DNA from: Fibrobacteres bacterium CG2_30_45_31 | GTDB lineage: Bacteria; Fibrobacterota; Fibrobacteria; Fibrobacterales; Fibrobacteraceae | DNA length: 29,676 nucleotides | Reading direction: 5' to 3' | Assembly (NCBI GenBank): GCA_001873075.1 | Contig: MNYL01000046.1 | Coordinates: 1-29,676, forward strand | In this document: piece by piece, positions 16,301 through 23,549 of the stretch | How the letters are laid out: each line of letters begins with the position of its first letter | Position numbering within the stretch: the first letter of the stretch is position 1 | Position numbers and translations under genes: made by a program | The notes under the pieces: model-generated | Told to the model about the DNA's origin: nothing | The model's input: only the letters and a program-made list of their open reading frames with translations | Database searches by the model: none

Positions 16301-17961
16301 ACTCGGACAAAGTTCAGGGAATAAACGTTTCCACAAAGGAAGGAATTCTATCTTGGTCGAATGCTCTTCTAGTTGCTCCAAGGCCTCTTCAGGTTTCAAC
16401 AGAAGGAGATGACAATTATGATCAACTTGCTGGCGAATTGGGGGGATGGACGCTCAATCAATGGAATGTTCCAGAAGAATTTGAAAGGACTAAGAACTTA
16501 AGTTCACCGAAAGGACCCCTGACTCGAATGCTTTGTTGGCTGCAGGATACCAGTGAAACGCGAGATTTGTATACGGGAAGCAAGGATCCTTTGAAATCCT
16601 ATCTGAGTCAGTTGGTGCAGGGTAGTGAAAGAAACATTGAGCGTGCACTGGATATTCGCCCGGACTGCGTTCCGGCGTGGAAAAACTACTGGTTTTCACA
16701 GGCTCTGGATGTCGCCGAGAAACGATTTATGGGCTCAGTCACAGGAAAAAGCCGAGATGAATGGTTGAAGCGACGTCTGCAATGGGCCGGTTTAACTCCC
16801 GCCCAGAAACGCGCCTATCTGCAGGCAGATCCCGAAGGAATGCGCTTAGCAGATTTTCAGACCCGCGAGCTTTATACGAATCATCCAAACTCTGCATCAG
16901 CTTGGATGGAACGCGGAATTTTTCTGAAGCTTGCAAACGAAAATGTACAGGCTAAAGAGGTCTTGGAAAATGCCGCCAAACTGGATCCGAAGAATTCCGA
17001 GATAAAAAACGAACTGGTCGGACTCGAAACATCCCCTCAGGCCATCTCGTCTCTCCTTGCACAATCGCTACCCATGCTACAGAATGACGATTCTGCGACA
17101 GTGGAACGCATCTGCAATTATGCAGAAAAATTTTTGCCAAACTGGGTGATGGCAAACGGTGCTCTTCATACCGGGGAAAAACTGGATGAAATTCTTGCTT
17201 TGCTCAGGCAGAAGGTTAAGAGTTCTATCTCTTTTGACGACCAATTGAAGATTCAAATATTGGCCGAGAAAATGACTTCATTATTCTTCTATTTACCCGA
17301 AGGGCCCAAGTTATCCAATACCTTTAACCAAGGACTTCTGGATTTATTTGATCATAGCTCTCTCTCGGTTGCTTCCGAAAGCAGAAGGGCTATTCAATCA
17401 ATGCTTGCCTTCAATATGTTGTTGCAGAACCGAACGACTGAAAGTCTGAAGATATATGATGAGATTCATGCAGAATATCCTCTTGAAAAAGCCATTCTCT
17501 CTACAGGACGGGCTTACGCTCTTAGTTTGCAGGGAAACAATGCTCAAGCTGTTGGAATGCTCCGTGCCATCGTTTCCAATGGCGGCGACTTCACAGCGAT
17601 ACTGGCGCAGTCTATTCTTACGGATTTTGCCATTTTTCATTATCGTGGAATTGAACTGCCTTGCGAAAAGGAATTAAGAGAAGAAATCCTGAAGATGGCG
17701 CAACCTTCCCTGTCAGGAGGTTTAAATGTGGTGCAAGTCATTCCTCGGGGGCAGTGCGCAAAAATTGGAATTAAAGTCGGAGATCGCCTCACTTGGTATG
17801 ATGGTTATCCTGTGACGGACTTGCAGCAATTCATCTATGCAAGGCAAATGGATAAATTTTGGGAAAAAACAAATTCCCGGGAAATGCGTATCCTGCGTAA
17901 CGGGGAAATTTTTAAATTTACTGTCAATCCAGGCCTTGTGGGCTTAGGTTTAACACAGTAA
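13366..17961 (+). CDS. TIR - TM helix - tandem beta-propellers (WD40/PD40-like SPDG blades) - TPR-like helical region - PDZ
   Basis: TIR 'YDAFISYSRKDIEVAAWFQKEM...LRLFRDQTDLGV...LILLCSPHVL...YIDWEIREF' (about 13384-13845). TM 'WLLLAGAVILALSGLAIWALV' (13975-14034) after 'KERRRTMQR'. About 12-14 blades: 'FSPDGQSLL', 'LSPDGVHLA', 'FNPDGIHLA', 'FSHDGRRLA', 'FSPDGRFLV', 'FSPDGKRIL', 'FTPDGKYVITAGSDRMLKGWD' (about 14233-16380). Helical TPR-like region at about 16633-17655. PDZ 'VVQVIPRGQCAKIGIKVGDRLTWYDGYPV...NPGLVGLGL' (about 17713-17958). Confidence 0.85.
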   Translation: MSEQNQYDAFISYSRKDIEVAAWFQKEMEKLRVPKALPYPAGMEPLPRKLRLFRDQTDLGVRSNSFFEGLSANLAKSRDLILLCSPHVLQNNSEGLNYIDWEIREFIRIHGVEYAKNHILPVIIYGKIQSGDSREACIPTALNDLGVDFRQRNLPVLGSPEISRVSKNDKEHVLLQCLSYLARVETNIVDNRFQKERRRTMQRWLLLAGAVILALSGLAIWALVEKDKTSETLSESYFQEASRLIDEHQAGLALAYLAASMDSKNNNAAYQRFSGLMKNRSWLVQLDTLASSPHSGIHIAWSNRQEKEAVFSLEDSAQGKGTLSIYQLDPSRPPVSISVKNFRTGIFSPDGQSLLTLHGVAPEQICKRWNVSTGEFSDSLLLSDGSVPVFLSSSASYALLLTSDQKTIRLVSMKDGSIRFEQTVTSGWEWNKFAFDEKEKILAFGVKRELNFQHLNEMSASEFAFQTIDIASGSILAQIHGAGILSDWVLSPDGVHLAYSYSTGRPDDWLLVNQDLSSGKPSWTLPLKACQRLLFNPDGIHLAADLGTFGVEIHNVYRDSESKIHIDLSSPVKNWTFSHDGRRLAITTEQASLCVFNVRDGSEAVERRLLNTDVYGIQFSKTNRILTVNTGNGEKSFALQVSPVGVQTIMSKWSPSVLMNVFVEKNSSAFAFILGSYSSGTILEMHGMVDSFPDSIRQLKLSETPNCGAFSPDGRFLVLGSGKKTDENGTGQLDVYKISEGTLWQPQKWEKWVSEKAPFAVTQISFSPDGKRILVNSNTLQKAAQKALVYDMQALAKPVFSLNHGGTVSQAAFTPDGKYVITAGSDRMLKGWDIASGNMLWKQELESFPSALAISSQGKIACGMRLLHANGRVQIFAENGKPEWSSRVLRNGVNQLDFNGKGSLLGVAFFNREALIFDVSSGRIRSQDLVQEGDITSMRFWSDSDQDILCIGGKTENNLGFVEYWDPATSKKIGDITRHSDKVQGINVSTKEGILSWSNALLVAPRPLQVSTEGDDNYDQLAGELGGWTLNQWNVPEEFERTKNLSSPKGPLTRMLCWLQDTSETRDLYTGSKDPLKSYLSQLVQGSERNIERALDIRPDCVPAWKNYWFSQALDVAEKRFMGSVTGKSRDEWLKRRLQWAGLTPAQKRAYLQADPEGMRLADFQTRELYTNHPNSASAWMERGIFLKLANENVQAKEVLENAAKLDPKNSEIKNELVGLETSPQAISSLLAQSLPMLQNDDSATVERICNYAEKFLPNWVMANGALHTGEKLDEILALLRQKVKSSISFDDQLKIQILAEKMTSLFFYLPEGPKLSNTFNQGLLDLFDHSSLSVASESRRAIQSMLAFNMLLQNRTTESLKIYDEIHAEYPLEKAILSTGRAYALSLQGNNAQAVGMLRAIVSNGGDFTAILAQSILTDFAIFHYRGIELPCEKELREEILKMAQPSLSGGLNVVQVIPRGQCAKIGIKVGDRLTWYDGYPVTDLQQFIYARQMDKFWEKTNSREMRILRNGEIFKFTVNPGLVGLGLTQ

Positions 17962-17969
17962 AGTAAAAA

Positions 17970-18363
17970 GAAAAGCTCGTGTCTCATAGAAAGAGTGATA
18001 TGAAAAAGGCACTTCCCAAAGCAAAACTGGAGAAAGCCTGTTTCTTACGCGCTCAAAAGGTGGGATGAACTCTGCCTCTATTGCAAGGATGGCGAACTTC
18101 AGATTGACAACAGCATCGTGGAAAGAAGCATCCGTCCTGTTGCTGTGGGGCGCAAGAACTGGTTTTTCGCAGAAAGCGAGGATGGTGCGGACTGGGCTGC
18201 CGCATTTTATTCTCTTATTGAGACCTGCAAACTAGACAAAGTCAACCCCGCTGAATATTTGAGCAAAGTATTCATATATCTCCCAGACTATGAAGACGAG
18301 GACATGGCTGGATGGGCCACTTTGCTCCCTGATGCCTATACCATGAAACTCGGAATAGAGTAA
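17970..18363 (+). pseudogene. 3' remnant of an IS66-family transposase (TnpC), 5'-truncated and frameshifted
   Basis: 'YALKRWDELCLYCKDGELQIDNSIVERSIRPVAVGRKNWFFAESEDGADWAAAFYSLIETCKLDKVNPAEYL' is the conserved IS66 C-terminal block. The upstream 'ALPKAKLEKA' lies in another frame (frameshift near 18040). The remnant starts directly after the stop of the 13366-17961 gene. Confidence 0.8.
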
Positions 18364-18798
18364 TCTCTGAAATGAAAAAGGATTGCCGAGGGGTTGCTCT
18401 TTTTTAGGCTACATGTAGATCATCGAACGAGTATGGTTCATCAACAAAGACTGAGTACATTTTTCATATTTACGCGTAAAAAGTCAGGAAGTTCACATGT
18501 AACAACAATTGCACGTATTTCCAGCCTCAGCGGGGCAGAAATTCTCGCCTTATTAAGGCCCTATCCAGAGTCATGTCAGCCCATTCAGGCGTCGTCATCG
18601 CCGATGCCGGAGTTTCTGTCTCCAGGCGCATAAATGAAAGGAGCTCTATGGACATTGAGATCTACAACTGATAAAAGAAAACTGGATGACGCCCCTAAAA
18701 AAGAGTTATACTACCATGTAGATAAAAAATTAACTGGTTTCCTTAAAGCTATATTAAAAAATCAAGTTTCTTGTGAGCACATTGGGAGAGAGTGTGTT

Positions 18799-20181
18799 AT
18801 GAAAAAAATCATTTTATTGACATCAGACGGTCCGCAGGGCCACGATCTGGCAAAGCAGCTGGCGATATTGGCTCATCAGCAACAATTTGAGCTCACGCCC
18901 ATTTTCGGTTTTACGCTGACTGATTTCTTTTCGGGATTCATGAAGAAACGATTACAGATCATCGACATTTCCATGGACGAAGATCCGCTAGTCTATGACA
19001 AGGTTCATCCCATCCATACGCCCAATCATTTGTATGTCAGCAGGACCCACACTCCACTGAATTTCCGTCCCATGGTCATTCCCATCCGGCATGGAGAAGA
19101 ACTGATCAACGCCTTCCCGGAATTCGGAGAAAAGAATTCCAATGATGAGCTCAGCTTCTGGCTAGACCGGAAGCTTCCTGAATTCGTTCACCAAAGGCAG
19201 TCTTTTGTACCAATTATTGGACGTTTTCTGGACATGAAAAGAATTTCTGAAGAAAGAAAAAATGAGATTCGCAAGGAGGGCTCCATTTTTCTCAGCTATC
19301 GCAGTTCCGAAAATCAAAGCATCGCGACGTTGGCAAGTCAGATTGAATCAAAATATGGAAAGCGATGCCGATTTTTCGCACCCGGGGTCATCTCGCATGA
19401 GGCCATGAGCCGGATGCGTCGCTGGAATCTGCTTTCTCTTCTCGATCGGTATATACTGTCCGCAGACCAGATATGGATCTGTCTGAGCGAGGACTATTTC
19501 TATTCGTGGTGGACGTTCGGTGAATTCCTCATGGCTGTACATCGGCAGACAGCAAACGCCATCGGTCATAAACCTCTTCTCAAGAAATACCGGAACGGAG
19601 CTCTAGAAGAATGGCAGGAAACAGAATGGCCAGAGATCACGGAAGCGGAACACAGGCGTATCTCCAGATATTTTGCCTTCTGCGATAGTTTCCAGATGGG
19701 GCCGGAGGCCTTTATCTCCCACGAAGACATCCAGAACCTGAAGCTTAAATTTGCGGAAGGCTACTATCGTGATGATGTCTGGAAAAAAGACTTCTGGCTT
19801 AATCCCATAGTGGAATGCCCTGTATGCCGGAAACGTTCAGGCCCTTACAACAAAAGACCTATAGAAGAATTTCTCTGGCACGGTCAACAAAAGGAAGAGA
19901 ATCCCGCCCAACAAGGAATCGTCTACCGTGGCAACGGCATCATGGAGATCGACTATGCAGCCATGCCATCATTTCTGGATCAGGGAATCACTTGCCGGTG
20001 TGGTCATACTATCACACTGAAGAAAGGCCCCATGCAATACCTCCACGTTTTTCTTCCGCCCAAAAGTCAAGTTCCTTTTTCCGCAGCTCGGGAACTGGCC
20101 CGTAAATGGGAATTCCCGGAAGCATCGGTCATTGGAAACAATCTGATCGCGATACAGAGTTTTTTAATAAATGAAGACTAA
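18799..20181 (+). CDS. TIR-like domain protein with unknown N-domain and C-terminal Cys4-type zinc ribbon
   Basis: Preferred start is the ATG at 18799, with GGGAGAG 8 nt upstream. The ORF-track start at 18634 has no SD. TIR-like segment 'SIFLSYRSSENQSIATLASQIESKYGKRCRFFAP...QIWICLSEDYFYSWWTFGEFLMAV' (about 19279-19548). 'CPVC'...'CRCGH' at about 19816-20007. Confidence 0.6.
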   Translation: MKKIILLTSDGPQGHDLAKQLAILAHQQQFELTPIFGFTLTDFFSGFMKKRLQIIDISMDEDPLVYDKVHPIHTPNHLYVSRTHTPLNFRPMVIPIRHGEELINAFPEFGEKNSNDELSFWLDRKLPEFVHQRQSFVPIIGRFLDMKRISEERKNEIRKEGSIFLSYRSSENQSIATLASQIESKYGKRCRFFAPGVISHEAMSRMRRWNLLSLLDRYILSADQIWICLSEDYFYSWWTFGEFLMAVHRQTANAIGHKPLLKKYRNGALEEWQETEWPEITEAEHRRISRYFAFCDSFQMGPEAFISHEDIQNLKLKFAEGYYRDDVWKKDFWLNPIVECPVCRKRSGPYNKRPIEEFLWHGQQKEENPAQQGIVYRGNGIMEIDYAAMPSFLDQGITCRCGHTITLKKGPMQYLHVFLPPKSQVPFSAARELARKWEFPEASVIGNNLIAIQSFLINED

Positions 20182-20209
20182 CCGTAGATTTTTTAACAGG
20201 AGATAGAAG

Positions 20210-20827
20210 ATGAACCTTTATTATAATAACAATGATAAAACGCCAAAACACAAGACATTCCTGAGTTTTCACCATAAGGACGAAGGCTATAGGGACAGGT
20301 TTGAACAAGAATATTCCGAGGACAGGGGCGATTATGTTTCTAGATCAGTAAAAGACGGAGACATTGATCCTACTTGGCCAACAGAAAGAATCCGGCAAAA
20401 AATCAGGGATGAATTCATTAGCGACGCTACTGTAACCCTTGTGCTGATCAGTCCAGATACTTGGAAACGCAAGCATGTGGACTGGGAAATCAGTTCCAGT
20501 ATCCGTGACACAAAAAATAATCCAAGGAATGGTCTGCTGGGAATTCTGCTTCCAAATTATCAATATACAATGGATGGATGCAGTTATGCGGATATAAAGC
20601 GCACAGAGTCCGGCCGTCTTTATAATCCATTCACAATTCCGCCACGCTTGTTTGAAAACGTCCAATGCGGTTATGCCAAAATCTATTCCTGGCCCGCAAC
20701 GTACAACGACGTGAAAAAATGGATTCATGACGCCTATCTGGGAAAAGAAATAAAAAATCCAAGCAATGCATATCCGCTGTTTTCCAAGAACCGGAATGAC
20801 GATCAAAGATACTGGCAAAAGGAATAG
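20210..20827 (+). CDS. ThsB-like TIR protein (DUF1863 / MTH538 TIR-like family)
   Basis: 'KTFLSFHHKDEGYRDRFEQEY' and 'ATVTLVLISPDTWKRKHVDWEISSSI...GLLGILLP' follow the DUF1863/ThsB pattern (FiSf...D ... S..t..s.WV.WEI ... iigv.l). AGGAGA SD 7 nt upstream. 28-nt gap to the previous gene. Confidence 0.75.
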   Translation: MNLYYNNNDKTPKHKTFLSFHHKDEGYRDRFEQEYSEDRGDYVSRSVKDGDIDPTWPTERIRQKIRDEFISDATVTLVLISPDTWKRKHVDWEISSSIRDTKNNPRNGLLGILLPNYQYTMDGCSYADIKRTESGRLYNPFTIPPRLFENVQCGYAKIYSWPATYNDVKKWIHDAYLGKEIKNPSNAYPLFSKNRNDDQRYWQKE

Positions 20828-20855
20828 ACAACCCACAGCACAGAGGATACAGAAA

Positions 20856-22856
20856 ATGACTGAATTTCGACAGCCGTTATCCATACATTTCGTATGGCAT
20901 CCGGGCGACAGCGAACAACTAGAGAACATAATTGACTTCTGCAGCAAGTCCCTGAAAAGGGACCCAGAAAAGCCCTTTTCCCGTTCCATCAGCATTCCCT
21001 TGTTCTTTCTGACCTCCGAAGGCAAAAATCCTCCAGAAATGTGTCTTTACAAAGCCGAAAAGACAATCGTCTTTGTCTTCATAAGCAAGCGTATCGTCGC
21101 CGACGATGCCTGGACAGAATTCATTGAAAAACTGAAAGGAAAATGCGATGCCATCGTCCCCATTGCCCTGGATTCCACAGCATTCAACATAGACAATTCA
21201 CTGAACTCATACAATTTCATCCGGGCATATGAATATGAAGCGGCTTTCTATCGGGAAAGAATCCTGATTGCCGTCGCTCATGAGATATACCGTCTGGCCC
21301 TGAACGAATCCCTGAAAGAAATGAACTTGGGAAAAGATTCCGCAGTCCGCATTTTTCTGAGCCATGCAAAAGATGCCGGACCAGGGATTTCGATCGCGGA
21401 AACACTAAAAAACTTTCTGGATCAGTCCGTAATGCGGAATTTTTTTGATGCATTCGACATTGCACCAGGGTACTGTTTCGATGCAGAAATCGAAGCCCAC
21501 ATCAAAGAATCAACATTAGTGGCGATCCACTCAGATCCTTATTCAAGCAGATACTGGTGCCAACGGGAAATAGGATGCGCCAAAGCAGCCGACAGGCCCA
21601 TGATCGCCGTCGATGCTCTGAATGAATATGAAGACAGAAGATTTCCGCTGGCGGCCAATATTCCAGGAATCCGCGTGCGTTGTGAAAAAGAAGAAAAAAT
21701 TTCAGAGTCCGATGTTCTTCGGATCATGATTTGTGCGCTGCTGGAAACGATAAGATTCTTTTATTCCAGAAGGCTGCTGTCCGCTTATCAGGAATCAGGC
21801 TGGATTCCCAAGGGCGCTATCCTCCTGCAGCGTCCTCCTGAACTTGCCGATGTCCAAAAATACAGCGGAGGCTTTCCACAGACAAAAGAAATATATTATC
21901 CAGAACCGACAATTTTTCAGGAAGAAGCCGATGCCTTCAAAAAAATAGGATTTACCGTTCTGACACCTCTCTCAGCACATCGCAGATGCAAGCCACTGAA
22001 GATAGGCCTATCCTTTTCGGAACCAGACAAAAATTCTTTGACAACGATTGCGCAAAGAGCAATCCACCTCCAGCAGCTTTCACAGGATCTTGCGAGAAAC
22101 CTAATCACAGGAAACAACCGATTGATCTATGGTGGCGATTTGAGACCCAAGGGCTTTACTGAATGCATTTATTTTGAAGCTTTGGCAACGCAGACACGGC
22201 TGCGTTCAAATGAGCAATACCTGACAAACTATCTTGCTTGGCCGTTGTACCTGAATCCGCAGGAACCCCTTGTCGACTGGAAAGCTCGTTTCAGGGACAT
22301 CGCCGTTACAAAAACCGTGAAATATCCTGACGATGTGGATGCTCTTATCTTCGATAAAGAGCATTTTCTTCCACCTGTGACCAAAGAAAACTGGTATGTC
22401 TGGAGCCGTTGCCTGACACAGATGCGCAACGAAATGATAAAAAACTGCGATCTGCGAATTTGTGCAGGCGGACGGCTCACGGAATACAAAGGAAAGATGC
22501 CCGGAGTCCTGGAAGAAATTTTCATCGCTTTTAAAGAAAAAAAGCCACTATTCCTTCTCGGTGGATTCGGGGGAGTAACAGAAAGCTTCTGCCAGTATAT
22601 GGAAATAGGGAAGGCTCCAGACAATATCAAAAAAGAATGGCAAATTGGGCACAATCTTGGATACAGGGAACTTCTGGATTTCGCAGACCAGTTTGGCATG
22701 CATTATGCAGATACCTATAATCTTCCCAAATTGAATTTCGATATGCTGAACAACGGATTGGATGAGAATGACAACAAAAAATTGTTTCACACGACATTCA
22801 CTGATGAAATTATTTTCTTGATTCAGAAGGGAATAGAGAACAAATTTTCTCATTGA
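20856..22856 (+). CDS. TIR-like + TIR + C-terminal SLOG (SMF/DprA-LOG-like) domain protein
   Basis: Start ATG at 20856 (AGAGGA upstream) is preferred over 20766, which overlaps the previous gene. TIR-like 1: 'LSIHFVWHPGD...KTIVFVFISKRIVADDAWTEFIEKL' (about 20874-21185). TIR 2: 'VRIFLSHAKDAGPGISIAETLKNFL...NFFDAFDIAPG...TLVAIHSDPYSSRYWCQREIGCAK' (about 21345-21635). SLOG: 'LIYGGDLRPKGFT', 'ICAGGRLTEYKGKMPGVLEEIFIAFKEKKPLFLLGGFGGVTE' (about 21993-22610). These Gly-rich loops resemble the ThsA/LOG SLOG domains. Confidence 0.7.
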   Translation: MTEFRQPLSIHFVWHPGDSEQLENIIDFCSKSLKRDPEKPFSRSISIPLFFLTSEGKNPPEMCLYKAEKTIVFVFISKRIVADDAWTEFIEKLKGKCDAIVPIALDSTAFNIDNSLNSYNFIRAYEYEAAFYRERILIAVAHEIYRLALNESLKEMNLGKDSAVRIFLSHAKDAGPGISIAETLKNFLDQSVMRNFFDAFDIAPGYCFDAEIEAHIKESTLVAIHSDPYSSRYWCQREIGCAKAADRPMIAVDALNEYEDRRFPLAANIPGIRVRCEKEEKISESDVLRIMICALLETIRFFYSRRLLSAYQESGWIPKGAILLQRPPELADVQKYSGGFPQTKEIYYPEPTIFQEEADAFKKIGFTVLTPLSAHRRCKPLKIGLSFSEPDKNSLTTIAQRAIHLQQLSQDLARNLITGNNRLIYGGDLRPKGFTECIYFEALATQTRLRSNEQYLTNYLAWPLYLNPQEPLVDWKARFRDIAVTKTVKYPDDVDALIFDKEHFLPPVTKENWYVWSRCLTQMRNEMIKNCDLRICAGGRLTEYKGKMPGVLEEIFIAFKEKKPLFLLGGFGGVTESFCQYMEIGKAPDNIKKEWQIGHNLGYRELLDFADQFGMHYADTYNLPKLNFDMLNNGLDENDNKKLFHTTFTDEIIFLIQKGIENKFSH

Positions 22857-22906
22857 ATAAAAATCGTTGAATAATAATTTGGAGCTCTTAGGAATAAAAC
22901 CGTTCA

Positions 22907-23530
22907 TTACTTCCCATTATAACGTTCAAAATCTCTCTGAAATTTGAAGGGGGCTCCAATATATCCTAGACTCCCCATAGATTCTAACCAAGTAACAAAA
23001 TTTAAAATCAAAGCATCATTTTGTACCTTTTTCTGCCCAATTCCCTTATGTATAAATACTTGATATTTTGAAGGCACTCGAACCGCATCTTTGCCCCAAT
23101 ACCAATATTTCTGTGAAATCAGCACATACTTGCTCCGCAAATCTCGAGTATAATTATCTTTATTTACGAGCCCGTTCTGCAAACTGTGGTGTGAATCTTC
23201 TTGAATAAAAAATTTTGTCCTTTCATCAGTATGATATATGTTGTCACCATATCTCTGCTTTTTACTGCCATTCATTACAGGTCTTTTATAAAAAAAGCGC
23301 GAATCATTCCAATATTGATCAAACGTCAATTTTCCCTGCACCTGCATTGCATAAACAAGTCGTCCCTTCATTGAGCCACCCTTGGCGGCGGAACCAAAGC
23401 CCAAAATCCAATCACCCGAATTAGCATGCTCTCTAATAAATGGCTTACAGGTAGCCAACGTACAATAGGGAGGAAACGGATTAGGTGCAAACCCATAATC
23501 CCTTGTGATGATATAGCTGAAAAGGACCAT
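22907..23530 (-). CDS. Nmad2-like (nucleotide-modification-associated domain 2) protein
   Basis: 'YIITRDYGFAPNPFPPYCTLATCKPFIREHANSGDWILGFGS' matches my recollection of the Nmad2 signature (D.GFAPNPF..CTLA.CKP.IR...GDW). Start at Met37 of the track ORF (23530) avoids overlap with the upstream gene. An earlier start is not excluded. Confidence 0.5.
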   Translation of the reverse strand: MVLFSYIITRDYGFAPNPFPPYCTLATCKPFIREHANSGDWILGFGSAAKGGSMKGRLVYAMQVQGKLTFDQYWNDSRFFYKRPVMNGSKKQRYGDNIYHTDERTKFFIQEDSHHSLQNGLVNKDNYTRDLRSKYVLISQKYWYWGKDAVRVPSKYQVFIHKGIGQKKVQNDALILNFVTWLESMGSLGYIGAPFKFQRDFERYNGK

Positions 23531-23549
23531 TCTAAGCCTGCAAAAAAAA

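Noticed and set aside
18394-18633. 79-aa plus-strand ORF between the IS66 remnant and module 2.
   Set aside because: No motif and no SD. It probably lies within the residual right end of the IS66 element or the 5' UTR of module 2.
18634-18798. N-terminal extensions given by the ORF track: 18634 for the TIR-like/Zn-ribbon gene, 20766 for the TIR-SLOG gene, 26741 for the kinase fusion, 23638 for the Nmad2-like gene, 27849 for the hypothetical gene.
   Set aside because: Internal ATGs have good SD sequences at proper spacing. They remove overlaps with upstream genes. For 27828, the start is also supported by conservation in the paralogue fragment. The longer forms remain possible.
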